Source: Paragordius varius
Taxonomy: Eukaryota > Animalia > Nematomorpha
Direction of reading: 5' to 3'
NCBI GenBank assembly: GCA_964247055.1
Contig: OZ176056.1
Span: 248,001-312,000, forward strand
DNA length: 64,000 nucleotides
Shown: one piece after another, positions 25,098 to 37,709 of the stretch
How the letters are laid out: every line of letters starts with the position of its first letter
Position numbering within the stretch: position 1 is the stretch's first letter
Program-made: the position numbers and the translations under genes
The notes under the pieces: generated by a model
The model's input: the letters and a program-made list of their open reading frames with translations, nothing else
Told to the model about the DNA's origin: nothing
Database searches by the model: none

Positions 25098-26547
25098 CTT
25101 TCATATCCGATTTTTACAACGATACTTTAAAAATTATGGTATTGAACCAGTCGCATCAATACTCAAGTTAAACTTTGTCCTTAAAAATCGGATATTGGTC
25201 ACCGGTGAACAAAATTATTTTTTATACATTCTCTTAGTAAGACTACATCAAAATATAGAAATAGTTTGACAAACTCTTTCATATCCGATTTTTACAACGA
25301 TACTTTAAAAATTATGGTATTAAACCAGTCGCATCAATACTCAAGTTAAACTTTGTCCTTAAAAATCGGATATTGGTCACCGGTGAACAAAACTATTTTT
25401 TATACATTCTCTTAGTAAGACTACATCAAACTATAGAGATAATTTGACAAACTCTTTCATATCCGATTTTTACAACGATACTTTAAAAATTAATGTATAA
25501 AACTAGTCGTATCAATAAATCGCATCAATACTCAAGTTAAACTTTGTCCTTAAAAATCGGATATTGGTCACCGGTGAACAAAATTATTTTTTATACATAT
25601 TCTTAGTAGGACTACATCAAAATATAGAGATAGTTTGGCAAACTGTTACATATCCGATTTTTACAACGATACTTTAAAAATTAATGTATAAAACTAGTCG
25701 CATCAATACTCAAGTTAAACTTTGTCCTTAAAAATCGAATATTGGTCACCGGTGAACAAAATTATTTTTTATACATTCTCTTAGCAAGACTACATCAAAA
25801 TATAGAGATAGTTTGACAAACTCTTTCATATCCGATTTTTACAACGATACTTTAAAAATTATGGTATTGAACCAGTCGCATCAATACTCAAGTTAAACTT
25901 TGTCCTTAAAAATCGGATATTGGTCACCGGTGAATAAAATTATTTTTTATACATTCTCTTAGTAAGACTACATCAAAATATAGAAATAGTTTGACAAACT
26001 CTTTCATATCCGATTTTTACAACGATACTTTAAAAATTATGGTATTAAACCAGTCGCATCAATACTCATGTTAAACTTTGTCCTTAAAAATCGGATATTG
26101 GTCACCGGTGAACAAAACTATTTTTTATACATTCTCTTAGTAAGACTACATCAAACTATAGAGATAATTTTACAAACTCTTTCATATCCGATTTTTACAA
26201 CGATACTTTAAAAATTAATGTATAAAACTAGTCGTATCAATAAATCGCATCAATACTCAAGTTAAACTTTGTCCTTAAAAATCGGATATTGGTCACCGGT
26301 GAACAAAATTATTTTTTATACATTCTCTTAGTAGGACTACATCAAAATATAGAGATAGTTTGGCAAACTGTTACATATCCGATTTTTACAACGATACTTT
26401 AAAAATTAATGTATAAAACTAGTCGCATCAATACTCAAGTTAAACTTTGTCCTTAAAAATCGAATATTGGTCACCGGTGAACAAAATTATTTTTTATACA
26501 TTCTCTTAGCAAGACTACATCAAAATATAGAGATAGTTTGACAAACT
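25098..26547 (+). repeat. 4-monomer HOR (725 bp), two copies; the same unit recurs at 42750-44200 and inside the 48-54 kb block
   Basis: The order tgaaccag-type, aaaacta/aaactatag-type, 191-bp type, cgaat/tagcaag-type starts at 25098 and 25823 (4x178 + 13 = 725). It also starts at 42750 and 43476. Confidence 0.85.
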
Positions 26548-28959
26548 GTTACATATCCGGTATTTACAACGATACTTTAAAATTAATGTATAAAACTAGT
26601 CGCATCAATACTCAAGTTAAACTTTGTCCTTAAAAATCGAATATTTATCACCGGTGAACAAAATTATTTTTTATACATTCTCTTAGCAAGACTACATCAA
26701 AATATAGAGATAGTTTGACAAACTCTTTCATATCCGATTTTTACAACGATACTTTAAAAATTATGATATTAAACCAGTCGCATCAATACTCAAGTTAAAC
26801 TTTGTCCTTAAAAATCGGATATTGGTCACCGGTGAACAAAATTATTTTTTATACATTCTCTTAGTAGGACTACATCAAAATATAGAGATAGTTTGGCAAA
26901 CTGTTACATATCCGATTTTTACAACGATACTTTAAAAATTAATGTATAAAACTAGTCGCATCAATACTCAAGTTAAACTTTGTCCTTAAAAATCGAATAT
27001 TGGTCACCGGTGAACAAAATTATTTTTTATACATTCTCTTAGCAAGACTACATCAAAATATAGAGATAATTTGACAAACTCTTTCATATCCGATTTTTAC
27101 AACGATACTTTAAAAATTATGGTATTAAACCAGTCGCATCAATACTCAAGTTAAACTTTGTCCTTAAAAATCGGATATTGGTCACCGGTGAACAAAACTA
27201 TTTTTTATACATTCTCTTAGTAAGACTACATCAAAATATAGAGATAATTTGACAAACTCTTTCATATCCGATTTTTACAACGATACTTTAAAAATTAATG
27301 TATTAAACTAGTCGTATCAATAAATCGCATCAATACTCAAGTTAAACTTTGTCCTTAAAAATCGGATATTGGTCACCGGTGAACAAAATCATTTTTTATA
27401 CATTCTCTTAGTAGGACTACATCAAATTATAGAGATAGTTTGGCAAACTGTTTCATATCCGATTTTTACCGATACTTTAAAAATTAATGTATAAAACTAG
27501 TCGCATCAATACTCAAGTTAAACTTTGTCCTTAAAAATCGAATATTGGTCACCGGTGAACAAAATTATTTTTTATACATTCTCTTAGTAAGACTACATTA
27601 AAATATAGAAATAGTTTCACAAACTCTTTCATATCCGATTTTTACAACGATACTTTAAAAATTAATGTATTAAACCAATCGCATCAATTCTCAAGTTAAA
27701 CTTTGTCCTTAAAAATCGGATATTGGTCACCGGTGCACAAATTTATTTTTTATACATTCTCTTAGTAAGACTACATCAAAATATAGAGATAGTTTGACAA
27801 ACTCTTTCATATCCGATTTTTACAACGATACTTTAAAAATTAATGTATAAAACTAGTCGCATCAATACTCAAGTTAAATTTCATCCTTAAAAATCAGATA
27901 TTGGTCACCGGTGAACAAAATAATTTTTTATACATTCTCTTAGTAAGACTACATATAAAAATATAGAGATAGTTTGACAAACTCTTTCATATCCGATTTT
28001 TACAACGATACTTTAAAAATTATGGTATTAAACCAGTCGCATCAATACTCAAGTTAAACTTTGTCCTTAAAAATCGGATATTGGTCACCGGTGCACAAAT
28101 TTATTTTTTATACATTCTCTTAGTAAGACTACATCAAAATATAGAGATAGTTTGGCAAACTGTTTCATATCCGATTTTTACAACGATACTTTAAAAATTA
28201 ATGTATAAAACTAGTCGCATCAATACTCAAGTTAAACTTTATCCTTAAAAATCAGATATTGGTCACCGGTGAACAAAATAATTTTTGATACGTTCTCTTA
28301 GTAAGACTACATATAAAAATATAGAGATAGTTTGACAAACTCTTTCATATCCGATTTTTACAACGATACTTTAAAAATTATGGTATTAAACCAGTCGCAT
28401 CAATACTCAAGTTAAAATTTGTCCTTAAAAATCGGATATTGGTCACCGGTGAACAAAATTATTTTTTATACATTCTCTTAGTAAGACTACATCAAAATAT
28501 GGAAATAGTTTGACAAACTCTTTCATATCCATTTTTACAACGATACTTTAAAAATTATGGTGTTAAACCAGTCGCATCAATACTCAAGTTAAACTTTGTC
28601 CTTAAAAATCGGATATTGGTCACCGGTGAGCAAAACTATTTTTTATACATTCTCTTAGTAAGACTACATCAAACTATAGAGATAGTTTGACAAACTCTTT
28701 CATATCCGATTTTTACAACGATACTTTAAAAATTAATGTATAAAACTAGTCGCATCAATACTCAAGTTAAACTTTATTCTTAAAAATCAGATATTGGTCA
28801 CCGATGAACAAAATAATTTTTTATACATTTTCTTAGTAAGACTACATATAAAAATATAGAGATAGTTTGACAAACTCTTTCATATCCGATTTTTACAACG
28901 ATACTTTAAAAATTATGGTATTAAACCAGTCGCATCAATACTCAAGTTAAAATTTGTCC

Positions 28960-31900
28960 TTAAAAATGGGATATTGGTCACCGGTGAACAAAATTATTTT
29001 TTATACATTCTCTTAGTAGGACTACATCAAAATATAGAGATAGATTGGCAAACTGTTTCATATCCGATTTTTACCGATACTTTAAAAATTAATGTATAAA
29101 ACTAGCCGCATCAATACTCAAGTTAAACTTTGTCCTTAAAAATCGAATAATGGTCACCGGTGAACAAAATTATTTTTTATACATTCTCTTAGTAAGACTA
29201 CATCAAAATATAGAAATAGTTGACAAACTCTTTCATATCCGATTTTTACAACGATACTTTAAAAATTAATGTATTAAACCAGTCGCATCAATACTAAAGT
29301 TAAACTTTATCCTTAAAAATCGGATATTGGTCACCGGTGAACAAAATAATTTTTTATACATTCTCTTAGTAAGACTACATCAAATTATAGAGATAGTTTG
29401 ACAAACTCTTTCATATCCGATTTTTACAACGATACTTTAAAAATTAATGTATAAAACTAGTCGCATCAATACTCAAGTTAAACTTTGTCCTTAAAAATCG
29501 GATATTGGTCACCGGTGAACAAAACTATTTTTTATACATTCTCTTAGTAAGACTACATCAAAATATAGAGATAATTTGACAAACTCTTTCATATCCGATT
29601 TTTACAACGATACTTTAAAAATTAATGTATAAAACTAGTCGTATCAATAAATCGCATCAATACTCAAGTTAAACTTTGTCCTTATTGGTCACCGGTGAAC
29701 AAAATTATTTTTTATACATTCTCTTAGTAGGACTACATCAAAATATAGAAATAGTTTGACAAACTCTTTCATATCCGATTTTTACAACGATACTTTAAAA
29801 ATTAATGTATTAAACCAGTCGCATCAATACTAAAGTTAAACTTTATCCTTAAAAATCGGATATTGGTCACCGGTGAACAAAATAATTTTTTATACATTCT
29901 CTTAGTAAGACTACATCAAAATATAGAGATAGTTTGACAAACTCTTTCATATCCGATTTTTACAACGATACTTTAAAAATTAATGTATAAAACTAGTCGC
30001 ATCAATACTCAAGTTAAACTTTGTCCTTAAAAATCGGATATTGGTCACCGGTGAACAAAACTATTTTTTATACATTCTCTTAGTAAGACTACATTAAAAT
30101 ATACAAATAGTTTCACAAACTCTTTCATATCCGATTTTCACAACGATACTTTAAAAATTAATGTATTAAACCAATCGCATCAATACTCAAGTTTAACTTT
30201 GTCCTTAAAAATCGGATATTGGTCACCGGTGAGCAAAACTATTTTTTATACATTCTCTTAGTAAGACTACATCAAACTATCGAGATAATTTGACAAACTC
30301 TTTCAAATCCGATTTTTACAACGATACTTTAAAAATTAATGTATAAAACTAGTCGTATCAATAAATCGCATCAATACTCAAGTTAAACTTTATCCTTAAA
30401 AATCAGATATTGGTCACCGGTGAACAAAATAATTTTTGATACGTTCTCTTAGTAAGACTACATATAAAAATATAGAGATAGTTTGACAAACTCTTTCATA
30501 TCCGATTTTTACAACGATACTTTAAAAATTATGGTATTAAACCAGTCGCATCAATACTCAAGTTAAACTTTATCCTTAAAAATGGGATATTGGTCACCGG
30601 TGAACAAAATTATTCTTTATACATTCTCTTAGTAAGACTACATCAAAATATAGAAATAGTTTGACAAACTCTTTCATATCCATTTTTACAACGATACTTT
30701 AAAAATTATGGTATTAAACCAGTCGCATCAATACTCAAGTTAAACTTTGTCCTTAAAAATCGGATATTGGTCACCGGTGAGCAAAACTATTTTTTATACA
30801 TTCTCTTAGTAAGACTACATCAAACTATCGAGATAATTTGACAAACTCTTTCAAATCCGATTTTTACAACGATACTTTAAAAATTAATGTATAAAACTAG
30901 TCGTATCAATAAATCGCATCAATACTCAAGTTAAACTTTGTCCTTAAAAATGGGATATTGGTCACCGGTGAACAAAATTATTTTTTATACATTCTCTTAG
31001 TAGGACTACATCAAAATATAGAGATAGATTGGCAAACTGTTTCATATCCGATTTTTACCGATACTTTAAAAATTAATGTATAAAACTAGCCGCAGCAATA
31101 CTCAAGTTAAACTTTGTCCTTAAAAATCGAATAATGGTCACCGGTGAACAAAATTATTTTTTATACATTCTCTTAGTAAGACTACATCAAAATATAGAAA
31201 TAGTTTGACAAACTCTTTCATATCCGATTTTTACAACGATACTTTAAAAATTAATGTATTAAACCAGTCGCATCAATACTAAAGTTAAACTTTATCCTTA
31301 AAAATCGGATATTGGTCACCGGTGAACAAAATAATTTTTTATACATTCTCTTAGTAAGACTACATCAAAATATAGAGATAGTTTGACAAACTCTTTCATA
31401 TCCGATTTTTACAACGATACTTTAAAAATTAATGTATAAAACTAGTCGCATCAATACTCAAGTTAAACTTTGTCCTTAAAAATCGGATATTGGTCACCGG
31501 TGAACAAAACTATTTTTTATACATTCTCTTAGTAAGACTACATCAAAATATAGAGATAATTTGACAAACTCTTTCATATCCGATTTTTACAACGATACTT
31601 TAAAAATTAATGTATAAAACTAGTCGTATCAATAAATCGCATCAATACTCAAGTTAAACTTTGTCCTTATTGGTCACCGGTGAACAAAATTATTTTTTAT
31701 ACATTCTCTTAGTAGGACTACATCAAAATATAGAAATAGTTTGACAAACTCTTTCATATCCGATTTTTACAACGATACTTTAAAAATTAATGTATTAAAC
31801 CAGTCGCATCAATACTCAAGTTAAACTTTGTCCTTAAAAATCGGATATTGGTCACCGGTGAACAAAACTATTTTTTATACATTCTCTTAGTAAGACTACA

Positions 31901-32460
31901 TTAAAATATAGAAATAGTTTCACAAACTCTTTCATATCCGATTTTTACAACGATACTTTAAAAATTAATGTATTAAACCAATCGCATCAATACTCAAGTT
32001 AAACTTTGTCCTTAAAAATCGGATATTGGTCACCGGTGAGCAAAACTATTTTTTATACATTCTCTTAGTAAGACTACATCAAACTATCGAGATAATTTGA
32101 CAAACTCTTTCAAATCCGATTTTTACAACGATACTTTAAAAATTAATGTATAAAACTAGTCGTAATAATAAATCGCATCAATACTCAAGTTAAACTGTAT
32201 CCTTAAAAATCAGATATTGGTCACCGGTGAACAAAATAATTTTTGATACGTTCTCTTAGTAAGACTACATATAAAAATAAAGAGATAGTTTGACAAACTC
32301 TTTCATATCCGATTTTTACAACGATACTTTAAAAATTATGGTATTAAACCAGTCGCATCAATACTCAAGTTAAACTTTATCCTTAAAAATGGGATATTGG
32401 TCACCGGTGAACAAAATTATTCTTTATACATTCTCTTAGTAAGACTACATCAAAATATAG
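28960..32460 (+). repeat. Diverged 11-monomer duplication (offset 1984-1985 bp, falling to 1807 bp after loss of one monomer)
   Basis: Shared private variants: the 11-bp deletion gtccttattggtc at 29684 and 31669, tagattggc at 29044 and 31028, and tttttgatacgtt at 30438 and 32245 (offset 1807 = 1985 - 178). Confidence 0.85.
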
Positions 32461-33126
32461 AAATAGTTTGACAAACTCTTTCATATCCGATTTTTACAAC
32501 GATACTTTAAAAATTAATGTATTAAACTAGTCGCATCAAAACTCAAGCTAAACATTGTAGTTAAAAATCGGATATTGGTCACCGGTGAACAAAACTATTT
32601 TTTATACATTCTCTTAGTAAGACTACATCAAAATATAGAGATAGTTTGACAAACTCTTTCATATCCGATTTTTACAACGATACTTTAAAAATTAATGTAT
32701 AAAACTAGTCGTATCAATACTCAAGTTAAACTTTGTCCTTAAAAATCGGATATTGGTCACCGGTGAACAAAATTATTTTTTTTACATTCTCTTAGTAAGA
32801 CTACAGCAAAATATAGAAATAGTTTGCTAACTCTTTCATATCCGATTTTTACAACGATATTTAAAAATTAATGTATAAAACTAGTCGCATCAATACTCAA
32901 GTTAAACTTTGTCCTTAAAAATCGGATATTGGTCACCGGTGAACAAAATTATTTTTATACATTCTCTTAGTAAGACTACATCAAAAGATAGAAATAGTTT
33001 GACAAACTCTTTCAAATCCGATTTTTACAACGATACTTTAAAAATTAATGCATAAAACTAGTCGCATCAATACTCAAGTTAAACTTTGTCCTTAAAAATC
33101 GAATATTGGTCACCGGTGAACAAAAT

Positions 33127-35690
33127 AATTTTTTATACATTCTCTTAGTAAGACTACATATAAAAATATAGAGATAGTTTGACAAACTCTTTCATATCCG
33201 ATTTTTACAACGATACTTTAAAAATTAATGTATAAAACTAGTCGCATCAATGCTCAAGTTAAACTTTATCCTTAAAAATCAGATATTGGTCACCGGTGAA
33301 CAAAATAATTTTTTATACATTTTCTTAGTAAGACTACATATAAAAATATAGAGATAGTTTGACAAACTCTTTCATATCCGATTTTTACAACGATACTTTA
33401 AAAATTATGGTATTGAACCAGTCGCATCAATACTCAAGTTAAACTTTGTCCTTAAAAATCGGATATTGGTCACCGGTGAACAAAATTATTTTTTATACAT
33501 TCTCTTAGTCAGGCTACATCAAAATATAGAAATAGTTTGACAAACTCTTTCATATCCGAATTTTACAACGATACTTTAAAAATTAATGTATAAAACTAGT
33601 CGTATCAATAAATCGCATCAATACTCAAGTTAAACTTTGTCCTTAAAAATCGGATATTGGTCACCGGTGAACAAAATTATTTTTTATACATTCTCTTAGT
33701 AGGACTACATCAAAATATAGAGATAGTTTGGCAAACTGTTTCATATCCGATTTTTACCGATACTTTAAAAATTAATGTATAAAACTAGTCGCATCAATAC
33801 TCAAGTTAAACTTTGTCCTTAAAAATCGAATATTGGTCACCGGTGAACAAAATTATTTTTTATACATTCTCTTAGTAGGACTACATCAAAATATAGAGAT
33901 AGTTTGGCAAACTGTTACATATCCGATTTTTACAACGATACTTTAAAAATTAATGTATAAAACTAGTCGCATCAATACTCAAGTTAAACTTTGTCCTTAA
34001 AAATCGGATATTGGTCACCGGTGAACAAAATTATTTTTTATACATTCTCTTAGTAAGACTACATCAAAATATAGAAATAGTTTGACAAACTCTTTCATAT
34101 CCGATTTTTACAACGATACTTTAATAATTAATGTATAAAACTAGTCGCATCAATACTCAAGTTAAACTTTGTCCTTAAAAATCGGATATTGGTCACCGGT
34201 GAACAAAATTATTTTTTATACATTCTCTTAGTAAGACTACATCAAAATATAGAAATAGTTTGACAAACTCTTTCATATCCGATTTTTACAACGATACTTT
34301 AAAAATTAATGTATAAAACTAGTCGCATCAATACTCAAGTTAAACTTTATCCTTAAAAATCAGATATTGGTCACCGGTGAACAAAATAATTTTTTATACA
34401 TTCTCTTAGTAAGACTACATATAAAAATATAGAGATAGTTTGACAAACTCTTTCATATCCGATTTTTACAACGATACTTTAAAAATTAATGTATAAAACT
34501 AGTCGCATCAATGCTCAAGTTAAACTTTATCCTTAAAAATCAGATATTGGTCACCGGTGAACAAAATAATTTTTTATACATTTTCTTAGTAAGACTAGAT
34601 ATAAAAATATAGAGATAGTTTGACAAACTCTTTCATATCCGATTTTTACAACGATACTTTAAAAATTATGGTATTGAACCAGTCGCATCAATACTCAAGT
34701 TAAACTTTGTCCTTAAAAATCGGATATTGGTCACCGGTGAACAAAATTATTTTTTATACATTCTCTTAGTAAGGCTACATCAAAATATAGAAATAGTTTG
34801 ACAAACTCTTTCATATCCGATTTTTACAACGATACTTTAAAAATTAATGTATAAAACTAGTCGTATCAATAAATCGCATCAATACTCAAGTTAAACTTTG
34901 TCCTTAAAAATCGGATATTGGTCACCGGTGAACAAAATTATTTTTTATACATTCTCTTAGTAGGACTACATCAAAATATAGAGATAGTTTGGCAAACTGT
35001 TTCATATCCGATTTTTACCGATACTTTAAAAATTAATGTATAAAACTAGTCGCATCAATACTCAAGTTAAACTTTGTCCTTAAAAATCGAATATTGGTCA
35101 CCGGTGAACAAAATTATTTTTTATACATTCTCTTAGTAGGACTACATCAAAATATAGAGATAGTTTGGCAAACTGTTACATATCCGATTTTTACAACGAT
35201 ACTTTAAAAATTAATGTATAAAACTAGTCGCATCGATACTCAAGTTAAACTTTGTCCTTAAAAATCGAATATTGGTCACCGGTGAACAAAATTATTTTTT
35301 ATACATTCTCTTAGTAAGACTACATCAAAATATAGAGATAATTTGGCAAACTCTTTCATATCCGATTTTTACAACGATACTTTAAAAATTAATGTATAAA
35401 ACTAGTCGTATCAATAAATCGCATCAATACTCAAGTTAAACTTTGTCCTTAAAAATCGGATATTGGTCACCGGTGAACAAAATTATTTTTTATACATTCT
35501 CTTAGTAGGACTACATCAAAATATAGAGATAGTTTGGCAAACTGTTTCATATCCGATTTTTACCGATACTTTAAAAATTAATGTATAAAACTAGTCGCAT
35601 CAATACTCAAGTTAAACTTTGTCCTTAAAAATCGAATATTGGTCACCGGTGAACAAAATTATTTTTTATACATTCTCTTAGTAAGACTAC
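33127..35690 (+). repeat. Dispersed partial copy (about 14 monomers) of the 20-monomer HOR
   Basis: tagtcagg at 33510, actagatata at 34598 and catcgatac at 35235 all lie exactly 17460 bp from the third-copy markers at 16050, 17138 and 17775. Confidence 0.9.
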
Positions 35691-37709
35691 AGCAAAATAT
35701 AGAAATAGTTTGACAAACTCTTTCATATCCGATTTTTACAACGATACTTTAAAAATTAATGTATTAAACCAGTCGCATCAATACTCAAGTTAAATTTTGT
35801 CCTTAAAAATCGGATATTGGTCACCGGTGCACAAATTTATTTTTTATACATTCTCTTAGTAAGACTACATCAAAATATAGAGATAGTTTGACAAACTCTT
35901 TCATTTCCGATTTTTACAACGATACTTTAAAAATTAATGTATAAAACTAGTCGCATCAATACTCAAGTTAAATTTTATCCTTAAAAATCAGATATTGGTC
36001 ACCGGTGAACAAAATAATTTTTTATACATTCTCTTAGTAAGACTACATATAAAAATATAGAGATAGTTTGACAAACTCTTTCATATCCGATTTTTACAAC
36101 GATACTTTAAAAATTAGATATTTATTAAACCAGTCGCATCAATACTAAAGTTAAACTTTGTCCTTAAAAATCGGATATTGGTCACCGGTGCACAAATTTA
36201 TTTTTTATATATTCTCTTAGTAAGACTACATCAAAATATAGAGATAGTTTGACAAACTCTTTCATATCCGATTTTTACAACGATACTTTAAAAATTAATG
36301 TATAAAACTAGTCGTATCAATACTCAAGTTAAACTTTATCCTTAGAAATCGGATATTGGTCACCGGTGAACAAAATAATTTTTTATACATTCTCTTAGTA
36401 AGACTACATCAAAATATAGAAATAGTTTGGCAAACTGTTTCATATCCGATTTTTAAAACGATACTTTAAAAATTAATGTATAAAACTAGTCGTATCAATA
36501 AATCGCATCAATACTCAAGTTAAACTTTGTCCTTACAAATCAGATATTGGTCACCGGTGAACAAAATAATTTTTATACATTCTCTTAGTAAGACTACATA
36601 TAAAAATATAGAGATAGTTTGACAAACTCTTTCATATCCGATTTTTACAACGATACTTTAAAAATTAATGTATAAAACTAGTCGTATCAATAAATCGCAT
36701 CAATACTCAAGTTAAACTTTGTCCTTAAAAATCGGATATTGGTCACCGGTGAACAAAACTATTTTTTATACATTCTCTTAGTAAGACTACATCAAAATAT
36801 AGAGATAATTTGACAAATTCTTTCATATCCGATTTTTACAACGATACTTTAAAAATTAATGTATAAAACTAGTCGTATCAATACTCAAGTTAAACTTTGT
36901 CCTTAAAAATCGGATATTGGTCACCGGTGAACAAAATTATTTTTTATACATTCTCTTAGTAAGACTATATCAAAATATAGAAATAGTTTGGCAAACTGTT
37001 TCATATCCGATTTTTACAACGATACTTTAAAAATTAATGTATAAAACTAGTCGCATCAATACTCAAGTTAAACTTTGTCCTTAAAAATCGAATATTGGTC
37101 ACCGTTGAACAAAATTATTTTTTTTACATTCTCTTTGTAAGACTACATCAAAATATAGAAATAGTTTGACAAACTCTTTCATATCCGATTTTTACAACGA
37201 TACTTTAAAAATTAATGTATAAAACTAGTCGCATCAATACTCAAGTTAAACTTTGTCCTTAAAAATCGAATATTGGTCACCGGTGAACAAAATTATTTTT
37301 TATACATTCTCTTAGTAAGACTACATCAAAATATAGAAATAGTTTGACAAACTCTTTCATATCCGATTTTTACAATGATACTTTAAAAATTAATGTATTA
37401 AACCAGTCGCATCAATACTCAAGTTAAACTTTGTCCTTAAAAATGGGATATTGGTCACCGGTGAACAAAATAATTTTTTATACATTCTCTTTGTAAGACT
37501 ACATCAAAATATAGAAATAGTTTGACAAACTCTTTCATATCCGATTTTTACAACGATACTTTAAAAATTAATGTATTAAACCAATCGCATCAATACTCAA
37601 GTTAAACTTTGTCCTTAAAAATCGAATATTGGTCACCGGTGCACAAATTTATTTTTTATACATTCTCTTAGTAAGACTACATCAAAATATAGAGATAGTT
37701 TGACAAACT

